Both the position numbers and the translations under genes were made by a program. From the NCBI RefSeq assembly GCF_037042905.1, contig NC_087260.1, forward strand, positions 22,754,001 through 22,818,000: DNA of 64,000 bases. The letters run 5' to 3'. A model generated the notes under the pieces. It made no database searches. It was not told the DNA's origin and worked only from the letters and a program-made list of their open reading frames with translations. Numbering within the stretch: the first letter of the stretch is position 1; each line of letters starts with the position of its first letter. Below are positions 1-12,607 of the stretch, piece after piece. Source of the DNA: Lytechinus pictus (lineage: Eukaryota).

Positions 1-510
1 TGTTTTTACATGTCCGGTACACTGCATACAAGTTTTCGATATGTTAGAAATGGAATACGCCTACAAACAGGACGAATTATTTAATCGTGGTCGTCAGGCT
101 ATAAAGCCCATTTGAGATCTGATGAGTAAGTAACTTCGTTTGAATAAACCTTATTTCCATAGAGGAATCGTAAACGTATCTGTATTTTGCTCACAATAGG
201 CCGTGTTGGAGTTGAATTACAAAAACATTTCCTCTGATAACATGGCAATATCCGCCTCGTGATAAGGTTACCTTATTTTGTCCGGCCCTGAAAACTGGAG
301 TTAAATAGTAATGGCACCTCGTCATTCCGGACTTTTCGCATTTACTACGGGCAAACTCTCACAACGCACCAATTCCTTTGAAAATGCAAGTCAAATCACA
401 ATGGAGAGCCGAGAGGCCTTTGTCGAAAGTTGGTGGACCGGGACAGCATCGGAATCTCTTCCACTGTAAGCGTAGCTACTTACTTTGAAATAATATTTCC
501 CTTTTATTGT

Positions 511-856
511 ATTCTGCCGTCGTTCAGTCTCCAAATCTGGTCCAAGCTTCTCCTCACTTTTATATCTCTTTTGGGGGGCAGATTCGCTCACAGAAGTCTA
601 TTGTACAGCGTGATACACTCTCTCATTCCTCTGATATATACCAAATCCCCCGCTCACTCATCCCAAATCATGGAAATTAAGCATCTTGGGAGATATTCGG
701 TATACAAATCAACTTGATTTATTCAGAGCTTATATCTTACAACCACACGCCATCGCAGCTCCCAGCGAACTGACGTACTTATCCATAAAATGGCAAAGAA
801 TCACAAAACGATCAAATTATAACATATAACTTTAAGGTACAACTCATTATGCTACA
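511..856 (-). mobile_element. Diverged, truncated solo LTR of the same family as the element at 7465-10467
   Basis: Reverse complement starts TGTAGCATAATGAGTT at 856 and aligns with the LTR (GTACGTCAGTTCGCTGGGAGCTGCG, GAATAAATCAAGTTGA, CCAAAAGAGATAT..GTGAGGAGAAGC) down to about 511, with many substitutions. Confidence 0.85.
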
Positions 857-1225
857 AAATCATTAAGCATGCGCCACTCAACTGCTCAGTGGAGAGTTCC
901 AGTCTTTCTTCGACAACAACATGTAATAATATACAAATTAATTTCTTAAAGTCATTTCCCTATAAAATTCTCTTTTTGTTCCTGTTTGTTTGTTTGATTT
1001 TTTTGCAATAAAGTAGTAACACATGTAAAGGTAAATTATATCTGAAGAGAAGAAATGATATACATGGTTAATAACAATGAAAATGAACCGAAAAACAAAA
1101 TTGTTGGGTAGCTTCATTCATTGGCGTAAATCCATGACGTCATATTCAAGTGCGGGTGAAACAAGTAGACAACCACCACCTCCTGAACGATAGCTTCACC
1201 GCTTGGATTTACGCGAGTGGATATA

Positions 1226-2813
1226 TTATATTTTATACTTGTTCATTTCCTTGAAGTATGGCATTGAAGCGTTCGCAAGCTTCTTGACATCAGACTCCAA
1301 ACTGTGCACAGGTGTGGCTGGTCTAGGTGGCATAAACCCATCTGAATATTTCGCCGTGTCATAAAATGCTCCAAAGTCCTCCAATGATTTGTCGACCGTC
1401 ACTTTCCAGGTCTTGGTGACATCCGCAGAGGCATCCCATTGGAGAAGTGAATCGCTGTACGGAAGACCGGTCAGATGACAGAACTTCTTCAGCACCCCAG
1501 CGGGGTCGGCCAACAGATCATCGGTGTTGAGGACGATTGGGTTGGGATCCACGTTGTCTCGGATGTACTTCCAGATTTCAAACGCGCTGCTGAAAAACTC
1601 AGGAGGCTTTAAGAAGGGGTCGTTTTTCTCGAGGTTAAAGCTCTCCGGGTCCGCTGTCCACAAACCGAATTTCATTGTCTGGCAAACAATCGCCTTCCTA
1701 TAGGAGTCAAAGATTCTGTAGGGATCCCGGATAAGGAAGACGTGCTTGAACCCCTTTGGCAAGTATTGGCGGGATTTATCATCAGGAAAAATGAAGGCAC
1801 CTTCTTTGGCTAAGATGTACTTGCTCGTTGACGATTCCATTTTCCGTTTCACGTGACCGTACCTATAATGAAATAACAGAATTATTTATTTACATTCGAT
1901 TGGCAATGGCCATATTGACATGTATCAAGGTGAATTCCACAATGACAGATTGCATATTATTACGGATTTCTATACGAATAACGACGACTACTTCAATAAC
2001 TACCCACATGGGTGTGTATTACATTAATGATATGGGTGTGGAGGAGTGATTGAGATCTTGACTTTTCTTTGAATCTACGATATGATATCTGAATATTTTC
2101 TTAATTATTGTATCCAACTGTTTCTAATAAATTTACTCTAATCTGCAACGCCCAAAGTTTGACTCGGTGATGATTAGGATCAAAATTACCTTTATGGTGT
2201 CATGGTGGCTCAGTGGTATAGAGCGCCCGCCTCATGAACGGGAGGTCATTGGGTTCGATCCTTGACTGAGTCATACCAAAGACTTATAAAAATGGGACCT
2301 TCTTGTTAGGTGCTCGGCCTTTAGATTGGAGAAGGGTAATAATGACATTATGTTATGCAGGGCCCGCTGGTACAGCAGTTTCCTAACTGACGTGGCTACC
2401 CTGAGTATATATAACGTTATTATTATTATTATCATCATCATCGTTTAAAACGAATGCTACCAAAACAACCCAGAAAAGTCGAATACAAAATCAATCACTA
2501 TTTCGCAAATTCAAACAAAATGCGATAACTTTATTACTCACATTATCCTTTCTGGATCAACTTTGCTGCCCGCTAGACGCTCTAACTTAGTTGCTGCTTC
2601 CTGAGCCCTTTCTTCGTTTCCTTCATAGTCCATAGGAATCTCTTCCCCAGTAGTAAGCAGATACTCCTTTCTAGCAATATTGCAGGGGACAAAACATTCA
2701 AACCAAACTTCCATACCATCAATGGCGCTCAGACATTTACACAAAGCCGTCGATATGGTTCTTGGGACAACCCACAAGAAGAGGCGAACAGGTTTACTTT
2801 CAAAATCTGTCAT
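1226..2813 (-). CDS. Sulfotransferase-fold (Sulfotransfer_5-like) protein, array gene 1; exons 2813-2542 and 1862-1226; 302 aa
   Basis: Donor GTGAGT after 2542 and acceptor TATAG before 1862 give an in-frame phase-2 join (909 nt with stop). Motifs: LWVVPRTISTA (5'-PSB-like), HVFLIRDP...S (3'-PB-like), TDDLLADP..VLKKFC..TGL. Confidence 0.9.
2196..2431 (+). mobile_element. tRNA-derived SINE (central domain resembles MetaSINE) in the gene 1 intron
   Basis: A box TGGCTCAGTGG, B box GGTTCGATCC, then GAGTCATACCAAAGACTTATAAAAATGG and a (TTA)n tail. Confidence 0.75.
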
Positions 2814-3052
2814 TTTCAGTGATGTTGATCAAGCAACTTCTTGACTGTTCACTAGAAATGAATCTAACATTAGTTGCAGTAAGTTCTTAAACGAGATCAA
2901 AATCATAGGTGTATTAGTATACGGTTACAATGTTGACGGTTCCAGTTGACGACTTTGATTTATTTACATACCCTACCTCTTTCCGGGCCTCTTTCTAACA
3001 AACGTAAATGTCAAAATGAGTCGTATGAAGAATTGCGAGATTGAGTAAACAG

Positions 3053-4266
3053 CAGTAGTGTATCAAGGGAGGGGCGAGGGGGCACGTGCACCGGGCGCCA
3101 CTTTTAGGGGGCGCAATAAGGGAAAGGGGGCGCGAATAAAGAAAATGAAAAAATGAACAAAAATTGTCAACTTTTGTGTATACCTAAAAGTCAAACTTAA
3201 GGAATGAAGTCGCAGAAAAGGAAGACAACTGAAGGTGATTAATACCCCCGTCCTATGCTTTTACCATGGTAATGCAGTTTCGAACCTATGTAGAAAAATC
3301 TTGCATGTTTTTACCCAAGGTTGGATACACTGTATTCGTGCCAATTTTTTATCAGTGATATGCTTATTCTTTCCAAGAATTCCAACACACAGTCCTTAAA
3401 ATATTTCTTTTTCAAACGCATATCATATATTAGTTTTATCTCTAGCTGCTTGTAAGCATTTTGATATGTTAATGTTCATTTATTGTTACAAACAGTTCTG
3501 AAATACATCTTTTGTTTTCTTGTTTAATTAACAAAGACTTGTAATCACGCCCTGATTTAATAAGGTAGATAGTTAGATCTACACCCTCTTCATTAATTTT
3601 TACAAACAATCGTCTCTTTTTAGGAGAAGATATATTAACCAAATCATCCCGCGCTTCGCGCATGCATTTCACCGATGAGATACGTATGGGAAGTTCATGA
3701 ATTCATAAGAATACCCCTTACAATTGTCCCCTTTCAGGTAAGTATATCAACAATTTCAGCTCATCGCTCGTGCCTGCATTAATTGCTTAGTTAGACCCGC
3801 ATCGTAGGATTATTTCTCCCTAAAATGTCCCGATTTCAGGTCTAAATATCAATAATTTGCGGCTCGAGCTTCGCGTTCGCATTAATTGTTTAGAATATTC
3901 AGTCTTAAGATCTTACAAATGAATTTAAAAAACAGACTCACGCTTTGCCCTCGTATTAGGTCGATAAGTTATTTAATGAGATCCATGATTCCCTGTCATA
4001 ATTTTTTATCTATGATAAATGTTCCCTTTTCAAGTCAGAAGATCAATACTTTTCAGTTCGCACTTCGCGTTCGCATTCATTGTTAAATTAGATACGAATC
4101 ACATTTACGATAACAAAAAACCAACAATGACTATTCCGTCTTAACGTCTATTGAAAAAATATTTGCACCCGCATTGCTATTTATATGTATATTTATGTAT
4201 TACACTTTGAAAGGGGCGCGATTTTAGCACTTGCCCCGGGCACCGTTTGTCCTACATACGCCACTG
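3053..4266. mobile_element. Non-autonomous hAT-like DNA element about 240 bp upstream of gene 1
   Basis: Termini CAGTAGTGTA...TACGCCACTG; 8-bp TSD GTAAACAG at 3045-3052 and 4267-4274. Confidence 0.8.
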
Positions 4267-4590
4267 GTAAACAGAGCCCAATGTCATCATTTTCATATCG
4301 TAATGTGATCAAAGGTCGAAATATAATCATCAGGGGTGAAGCCAGTACATTCTCAAAAAGGGAGGGCAGACATCATATACTTTCTCACTTGAAACAATAC
4401 AGGAGTAGTAGAGTAACGCCCTAAAAACTCTGTTGTTAACACTCTTCCTCCTTTTTTTCTCTCTCTTTAGATATAACAAAAGTCAAGAGGGTCGCCGCCT
4501 GCTGCCATTCATCTAATAAGAAGTACATTCCTTTGTTGACCTACTGACTTCATCCCTCTCTATTTCATATGTGAACCGAAAAATGTTCGA

Positions 4591-5150
4591 CATCACGAAC
4601 TACGGTGCACTTTGATTGATTCCATTTCAGAATTCCCCTTTTTTGTAGACCATAAACTATTTGCCTGTTGAATCTCGGTCAAATAGTCAACATTCGCCCT
4701 TTGATAAATATTGTTCAATGACGTTTATTGGTTATGAAAATTCAAACACGTTCACATTTAAATTTATCTGAAAGTTTTTGGCTATTTATTTTGTTAGTGA
4801 TTGCAGTAGTAACTTTCCATTGCGACTTGTATTCAGTTCTTCCGGTTCAATCAACGGAAAACATGAATGGAATTTATTTTATTTTATTTTTTGTTTTGCT
4901 GTTATCACGATACAATCAATTTCTATTAATTTGTAATCACCTCCATTGCTTTTAATAATCTAATATCATTACACGAACTACGGTGCACTTTGATTGATTC
5001 CATTTCAGAAATACCCTTTTTTGTAAACTATAAATTATTTGCCTTTTGAATTTCGGTCAAATAGTCAACATTCGTCCTTCGATAAATATTGTTAAATGAC
5101 GTTTATTGGTGTTCTCATTTAATTTTTAATTGAAAGCTTTTGGCTAAGTA
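4591..5150. repeat. Local direct duplication of about 150-200 bp (4591-4790 vs 4968-5150)
   Basis: CACGAACTACGGTGCACTTTGATTGATTCCATTTCAGAA...GATAAATATTGTT.AATGACGTTTATTGGT occurs twice. Confidence 0.85.
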
Positions 5151-5974
5151 TTATTAGTCTAATCAGGCTGTTTGACCACCCAAGAATTAAACTATAAGAT
5201 AGAATTGTACATTTCAATTAAAATGAATTTAATTTATATATCAATATTTCCATTATCGAAGCTCACAAGCTGTCAAAACATAAAAAAAATCAATAAACGA
5301 GTATCAGCCAAATTTGGAACAATCTGTATCAATTCAAATTAGTACAAATTGTGTAATGGGCGACAATTTTTGGTAAAATTTTGGTTCTAGGTTTCTTTTT
5401 GCCGACACAAATTGGCACAATATGCTTAAAAATTGGGACCGGCACGTGCAGCAGAAATTGTCACAAGGCGGCAATTTGTGGTGCAACACACCTCCATTGC
5501 TATAATATCAATACGGGAATGATGACTTTTTTTATTTGAGCAAACATTTCCTCACATTCGAAGCGTTCATCGAATTTAAACACATTTTCATAAAAGGTAT
5601 TACATTTTTATCGCCATCGATATTACCTTGACCCAATGAACTTTTCATTCTTACTTGAGCAAATATTTGTTTTCTTATTCCAAGCGCTCCCATAACTCTT
5701 TAGACTGCGATCATTCAAAATTCTCGAAAAATATAAGTAATAATATTGAGCTCTAGCTAAATTTATATCATTTTATTTTCATTTATTTAATGAGATTCTA
5801 ATTCAATGATACATATTTATTTAAAAGCATGACACATGTAAATGCAATTGAGAAATGTTTATCAAGGTAAAGCAAGTAAACAGAAAACGAAACTTAAATA
5901 AAGCACTTATCACTTCGGAATGATTCTGTTTATTGGATAACAACGCTATTTATCAAAATATTTGTAAAGCTATA

Positions 5975-6223
5975 CACTCTAAAAAAAATATTGGGTAAAA
6001 GTGCTCCATAAGGGTAATTATGCATCCAACCAACATTGGGCATTTATTTTGGGCATTTTTATTTATCCAGTGTGATGAAAATTTTGCCCATTCTAAAGTA
6101 ATTGCTGCTTATTTTGTAACCTTGCTGGACAATATGATTCCCGCATTGGGTAAAATACTGCCCAAAATTGGTTGGAATTACCCTCGTGGTGGTAAAAAAA
6201 TTACCCAATATTTTTTTACAGTG
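5975..6223. mobile_element. MITE with CACT...AGTG termini (EnSpm/CMC-like)
   Basis: TIR CACT.TAAAAAAAATATTGGGTAA; flanked by TA on both sides. Confidence 0.7.
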
Positions 6224-6430
6224 TAGAAGCGTCTCGACCCGGGTCTACTCGATATATAACATGATACCTATGTGCCACACGGAAGACGAAAATAGGGGGC
6301 TCTGGAACTAAATCTGGGTCTTAAAATCGGCGTCTACGGAACGGCTCTTATAAACGATTGCAAAAAATGCAATGCTCTGGAAGTGACCACGTCAAAAATA
6401 GGGATCTCCGGAACGTAGCATGGTAGCAGC

Positions 6431-6971
6431 CCCGGGGGGGGGGCACTTGACCAAAAAAGTGGTAGGGGTGTGCCGCGGGCGAGACAAAAAACGGGGGCCT
6501 TGGAGCGGGCTTATTGTAAAAAGGAGGGTCCTCGGAACGGGCTTCGGAACTACAATTTTGTGAAAACGGGGGTCCTTGGAACGGATCGCCAGCGTGCGAG
6601 TACGTGTGTATGTACCCCTATGGAACGGGCATGCGTGCATGATGCAGCTATACGCGGCCTCCGCTGGGTGCGCTAGCGCAGAGACGATGGTCGGACAGCG
6701 CTCGGCGGCCGCTTTTCACCAAAATTGCAGCAGATCAATGCGACCGGAACGGCGTAACGAAAAATATACAAAGCTTTGGAGCGGATTTCTTTCTTTTTTT
6801 TTCTCGATAAGAACAAAGTGCTATGCCTTGGAGCGGCTTTCTTTGTTTTTTGTCTCGATAAGACAAAAATGCTATGCCTCGGAACGAAAATTTGAGTGTG
6901 AAAATGGGGGTCCCCTCCGCGGCACATACCCACTATGCATTATATACTGAGTGCCCCCCCCCCCCCCCGGG
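6431..6971. mobile_element. MITE with CCCGGG(G)n termini, nested in an older related element (about 6238-7155)
   Basis: TIR CCCGGGGGGGGGGCACT; 8-bp TSD GTAGCAGC at 6423-6430 and 6972-6979. The host has subterminal IR TGATACCTATGTGCC / GGCACATACGTATCA and the same GGAAC-type internal motifs. Confidence 0.8.
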
Positions 6972-7464
6972 GTAGCAGCTAGCGCTAGCGACAGTGTAAG
7001 TGCAAAACCACGAGAATTTGAGGGTCTCTGGAACGGGGAAAATATGAATTTTGCTATGGCATTCTAAGTTGGTGATGCTCTGGAACGGAAATTTAAGCTG
7101 AAAATGGGGTCTCGACCACGGCACATACGTATCATACATTTATACTATAAGTAGTCACGACGCGTCGCGACGGCGTGTTCTACCGGGTAATCGTTTTGAA
7201 CAACACATGGGTGAAGAGTGGCCCAGTGCGAACAGTCGCCTATGAAACGTGGGATTCGAATCGGTTTGTGACGGCAGTCTCCGTTCGCGGAGCGGGAGTG
7301 CAATGGGTGTGGAGTGGGGGGTGACCCCACCCTTTCCAGACAAACAGGGAGTAAGGGTGGGGTTGGCTTCCTCTAAAGGGTCGGTTGAGGCAGGGGAGTC
7401 ACGCGCCCTTTAATATTTGCAAATTTATTCAGAATCAACAAAAAATGCAACCTCTCGTTGATAT

Positions 7465-10400
7465 TGTAGCATAATGAGTTATACCTTTAACATGTATTTC
7501 ATAGTTTAATCATAGAGGGCGATATTTTAGTTGTGATATGCTTTGAGATTATTGGAGAAGTACGTCAGTTCGCTGGGAGCTGCGGTGGCGTGCGGTTGTA
7601 AGATGTAAGCTCCGAATAAATCAAGTTGAACTGTATATTGAATATCTCCCAAGTTGCTTCATTTGTATGATTAAGGGTGAGTGAGCGGGTGATTCGGTGT
7701 ATTTCAGAGGAGCGAGAGAGTGTACCACGTTGCACAATATACTTTTGTGAGCAAATCCACCCCAAAAGAGATATATAAGTGAGGAGAAGCGTGGACCGGG
7801 TTCTGGAGACTGCGAGACGGCAGAACGCTACCCCGACAGAGCTCGGTTACGCCACACTGGTGGCCGCGGTGGGATTGAACAACGTGGTATTGGAAGCTCA
7901 TTCAACTTAGGCGCCTGTATTACAGGGAGCGCCACGTATATCTCCTATGAAGATCGCCAGGAGAGAGGGGTAAAGAGAGCGCCGAGGAAGGGTGCCTGGA
8001 GAGAGGCAAGAAGAGAGCGCCTATGCACGTTGGTGAATAGCACCCGGAGTGTGTGTGTTGGCGACAGCGTGGATAGCGCAGAGGAAGGGAGCCTGGAGAG
8101 AGGCAAGAAGAGAGCGCCGATGCACGTTGGTGAATAGCGCCCTGGGTGTGTGTGGCGGAGATAGTGCCGACACACGTTGGTGAATAGCGCCCTGGGTGTG
8201 TGTGGCGGAGATAGTGCCTACACACGTTGGTGAATGGCGCCTTGAATGTGTGTGGCGGAGGTAGCGTCTATGCACCCTGGTGAACAGCGCCCTGAGTGTG
8301 TGTGGCGGAGATAGCGCCTACACACGTTGGTGAATGGCGCCTTTGGTGTGTGTGTTGGCGACAGCGTGGAGAGCGCCGAGGAAGGGTGCCTGGAGAGAGG
8401 CAAGAAGAGAGCGCCTATGCACGTTGGTGAATAGCGCCCGGAGTGTCTGTGGCGGAGATAGTGCCTACACACGTTGGTGAATAGCGCCCTGAGTGTGCGT
8501 GGCGGAGGTAGCTCCTACACACGTTGGTGGATGGCGTATTGAGTGTGTGTGGCGGAGGTAGCGCCTATGCACGTTGGTGAATAGCGCCCTGAGTGTGTGT
8601 GGCGGAGATAGCGCCTACACACGTTGGTGAATAGCGCCCTGGGTGTGTGTGGCGGAGATAGTGCCTACACGCGTTGGTGAATAGCGCCTTGAGTGTGTGT
8701 GGCGGAGATAGCGCCTACACACGTTGGGGAATGGCGTATTGAGTGTGTGTGGCGGAGGTAGCGCCTATGCACGTTGGTGAATAGCGCCTCGAGTTTGTGT
8801 GGCGGAGATGGCGCCTTGAGTGTGTGTGGCGGAGATAGCGCCTATTGAGTCGGTGTGTAGACGACAGCGTGGATAGCGCCTATACATGTAAATGTATAGC
8901 GCCTACGACGAGTGGCTGTGAAGAATGGATCTGGAATTCCTTGCAGGATAAGTGCAGCGTGGAGATGGGGATCTCTGAACGTCGAAGAGAAGTACTTGTT
9001 GGATATGCAGATACTAGCAACGAGGGAACTGGAGCTGTCCTATGTTGGGAAGGAGCAAGTCATATCCTATGCTAGTGGGGTACTGCATTCAGAAAGCAGA
9101 GAAAAAACTACTATGGGGCTCAAAAGGAGTCATGGGCCATGGTAGTATTTCGGAGCTGCAACAGAACTTCTATGGGCGGAGATCAGGACGGATCATCGGG
9201 CACTTGGTTGGATCTTTGCAGACGCAAGGGTGGTTGCCGTGGAACTTGACATCAGCAATGAGCAGATACCAACAGAAAGAACCTTCGATCAGGTAGATCT
9301 TGGAAGCGGAGCATCAGTCAGTCGACCGGCCCGATTGGTCAACGGTGGCTTCAAAGTCTAGTGTGGAGAAGTCCTATTGGAGGATGCACAGCTGGAGATG
9401 AAGCAAGACATACTCTACAGGAAGTAGGAGTGTGACCAAGGTCGGAATGTAACATGGCATGTGATGTTGGTCTTCAGATAGATAGTTCGAAGGAATTGCG
9501 TTGGATGCACATCCGCTGATTGTTACGACAGGGTAACGCCTTGGCCTCCAAAGAAGTCTTTCATAGAGAGAGATCGAGATGATGAAAAGTAGTTCTAGAC
9601 ATGCACCTTGAAGAAACCCCCAAGAAGAAATCCTCTAGCACTTCAATCCGCAGAATAGATATTGGACATAACTTTCGCTATAACTTTGTGCCAGAAACAG
9701 TAAAAGACTCTGATGCATTTGATTTTGTATTCAAAATGTTGTTTTATGCCTTGATGTATGCTTTATATTTTTGCTTCCATGTTTTCCCTTTCCTATTTTC
9801 TAACCTTTCTTATGTAATTCTCATCTTGACATTTTCCTGATCTCAATGCTACTCTCTTTACTCTTTCTATCTATTTCTGTATATAGATTATTTTGGTTGT
9901 TAAGAACGGTACTTCCTTTATGTACAATGCCAATGTATATACCTGTATATTTTTAACATTGTTTTAATGTTTTCTATAATTCTTGGGAAGAGCGAGATAA
10001 CATTTAAAGAAATTCATGTTTATGCTTTGTTGTTAATACCTGGTCCGAGGACAGCCCAGACTTGGGGAGGGGCTGTGTAGCATAATGAGTTATACCTTTA
10101 ACATGTATTTCATAGTTTAATCATAGAGGGCGATATTTTAGTTGTGATATGCTTTGAGATTATTGGAGAAGTACGTCAGTTCGCTGGGAGCTGCGGTGGC
10201 GTGCGGTTGTAAGATGTAAGCTCCGAATAAATCAAGTTGAACTGTATATTGAATATCTCCCAAGTTGCTTCATTTGCATGATTAAGGGTGAGTGAGCGGG
10301 TGATTCGGTGTATTTCAGAGGAGCGAGAGAGTGTACCACGTTGCACAATATACTTTTGTGAGCAAATCCACCCCAAAAGAGATATATAAGTGAGGAGAAG

Positions 10401-10467
10401 CGTGGACCGGGTTCTGGAGACTGCGAGACGGCAGAACGCTACCCCGACAGAGCTCGGTTACGCCACA
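7465..10467 (+). mobile_element. Non-autonomous Ty3/Gypsy-type LTR retroelement, 3.0 kb; LTRs 7465-7856 and 10076-10467
   Basis: Two 392-bp TG...CA LTRs with one visible mismatch; 4-bp TSD ATAT. PBS TGGTGGCCGCGGTGGGATT at 7858 is complementary to a tRNA-Leu-like 3' end; purine tract GGGGAGGGG precedes the 3' LTR. Frameshifted RNase H remnants (DTSNEGTGAVL, GKEQVISYAS, TDH) at about 9000-9270. Confidence 0.92.
7975..8885 (+). repeat. Tandem minisatellite with ~50-bp unit inside the LTR element
   Basis: Unit CACACGTTGGTGAATAGCGCCCTGAGTGTGTGTGGCGGAGATAGCGCCTA, interspersed with a longer variant containing GAGGAAGGGTGCCTGGAGAGAGGCAAGAAGAG. Confidence 0.9.
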
Positions 10468-11472
10468 ATATTATATTGTTGGCGTTATCATTATAATTTG
10501 ATATACATTATATCTTTGAAAGAAAAAAGCTATTACTTAAAATTATGTTAAAGTCCCCCGGTTTTCTCGATAGGGTGCGTTAATTTGACGTCCCTCCCTC
10601 AACCTACTCTTTCAAGAAATCCCCCTCCCCCTGTTTGGAAAGGGTGCAACCATCCACTCCACATTGTCGCTCCAAGAACGCAAGTCATTCAAACACACGG
10701 CGCTCTGATTCTATAGGGCCAGAATAATAGGCCTATACGTCTTTACTTCTGCTTATTATATTGTATATTTTCATTGCACAATGGCATTAGACGATCAGCA
10801 AAATTAAATGTGGGATTGAGTATCGTGGCACCCTATAAAGATATGAAATTTATTTCACACGGAAAATGAGAGGAAATGCAAATACTGATTTTATGCAGAA
10901 CCGCAACTCAGAATGTCCATCTGATAGGTGTAATTTCTATTTTTTTAAATGACAAGTTATTTGCATAATGCTAACGATGTAGGCCAACTAATAACATTTT
11001 CTTACTTATTTAAAGAAAGTCTAGTGCTTACTGATAAGTATTCATTGAAAAGACCTTCATGACTGTATAAAGGCGAGAAGAGGGTTAATTGACACTGCAA
11101 GGGTGTGACGGTAAGCATGTTAAGTGGGTATAGGGTTTAAGAAAGTAAAACAGGAAAAGGAGATCGAATCAGGGAAAAGGAACAAATCGAAAGATTCAAT
11201 ACTAAAGATGAACAATTAGATACATAAAAAGTAGTACTCAGAGGAGCGTTTTATCGCCATTTATATAATATGTTGTTAGATCTGACAACTTTCCTTGGTT
11301 ATGATTGAATAGGAAGTATAGGTATCTGACTGTTACCATGGTGACTGTCGGACAAAGCAGATTTGGTCGGCAAAAAATCCGACAAGTCCTTTCATGAAAC
11401 GCTTTCCAGGTGTGGTTCAACAGATGGCTTATTTAGCCCTCATTTTTATCTACGCATGTTTAGCTCGGTGAA

Positions 11473-12607
11473 TTATATTTTGAATTTGTTCATTTCCTCG
11501 AAGAAGTGCATTGAATCCTTTGCAAACTGCAAGGCATCTGGCGACAATCTGTCCTTGCTTATAGGAGGTTTAGGTGGTAGAAACTGGCTCGAGGTTACTG
11601 CTGTTCCGTACAAGTGAACCGCTTTTTCTACAGTGTCATCGCTGGCAACTTTCCAGGTCTTGGTGATGTCCGGAGCGGAATCCCAATGAAGTAGTGAATC
11701 ACTATAGGGAAGACCGGTCAGATGGCAGAACTTCTGAAGCACCTCAACGGGGTTGGCCAACAGATCATCAGTGTTGATGACAATTGGGTCAGGATCAGTG
11801 CTGTCACGAACGGATTTCCAGATAGAGTGCATCATAGAAAAGTACTCGTTAGAATTCCTCACCAATATGTCATCTTTCTTCAGGTCGAATTCCCTCTCGT
11901 CAGCAGCGTCACCTTTCCGAAGACCTACGCTGACAAGATGATTGTATAGTGCTTTTCTGTAGGAACTGAAAACTGTGTGTGGATCCCTGATGAGAAAGAC
12001 ATGTTTAAAGCCCTTTGGTAGATATTGCCAGACTTTATCATCTGACAAACTCACGACCCCCTCTTTTACCAGCTGGTACTTGCTGGTAGACGACTCCATC
12101 TTCGTCTTGATATTGCCATACCTAAAGAAAACAGTGTTTGAAACAAATGAAACATTATTGGCATTAAGTCCTCCATGCAATGCCAACAAATGTCAATGAA
12201 CCTTAACGAAAAAAAGTAATTAAATAGATAGAGAAAGTTCAAACAAGCTTGATTCTGAAATTTCATCCAAATCTAATGTAAATTAGGAAATTTATGACAT
12301 TTTAATTCGGTTTTTCGCCTCTAACTTACATGATTCTGTCGGCCTCTACTTTTCCACCCACAACACTACCCAAGGTCGATGCTGCTTGTTTCATCGTCTC
12401 TTCATTTCCTTCATACTCCATTGGTAAATCTTCACCAGTAAATAGAATATATTGTTCCTTTGCCATATGGCAGTATGTAAAACATTCAAACCAAACCTCC
12501 ATGCCGTCAATAAAACTGAGACATTTGGTAAGGGCGGTGGAGATCGTTCGTGGAACATGCCACAGGAAAATTCGCATATGTTGATGTTCCTCATCATTGT
12601 CCGCCAT
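11473..12607 (-). CDS. Sulfotransferase-fold protein, array gene 2; exons 12607-12330 and 12121-11473; 308 aa
   Basis: Donor GTAAGT, acceptor TTTAG, 208-bp phase-2 intron; motifs LWHVPRTISTA, HVFLIRDP, TDDLLANP. Confidence 0.9.

Noticed and set aside
2196-2270. tRNA gene candidates (also 44345-44416)
   Set aside because: A and B boxes are present but continue into SINE bodies and simple-repeat tails; no convincing acceptor stem.
7920-8885. CRISPR-like or repeat-protein appearance of the 50-bp array
   Set aside because: Head-to-tail units with no unique spacers, no cas genes, and located inside an LTR element in eukaryotic DNA.
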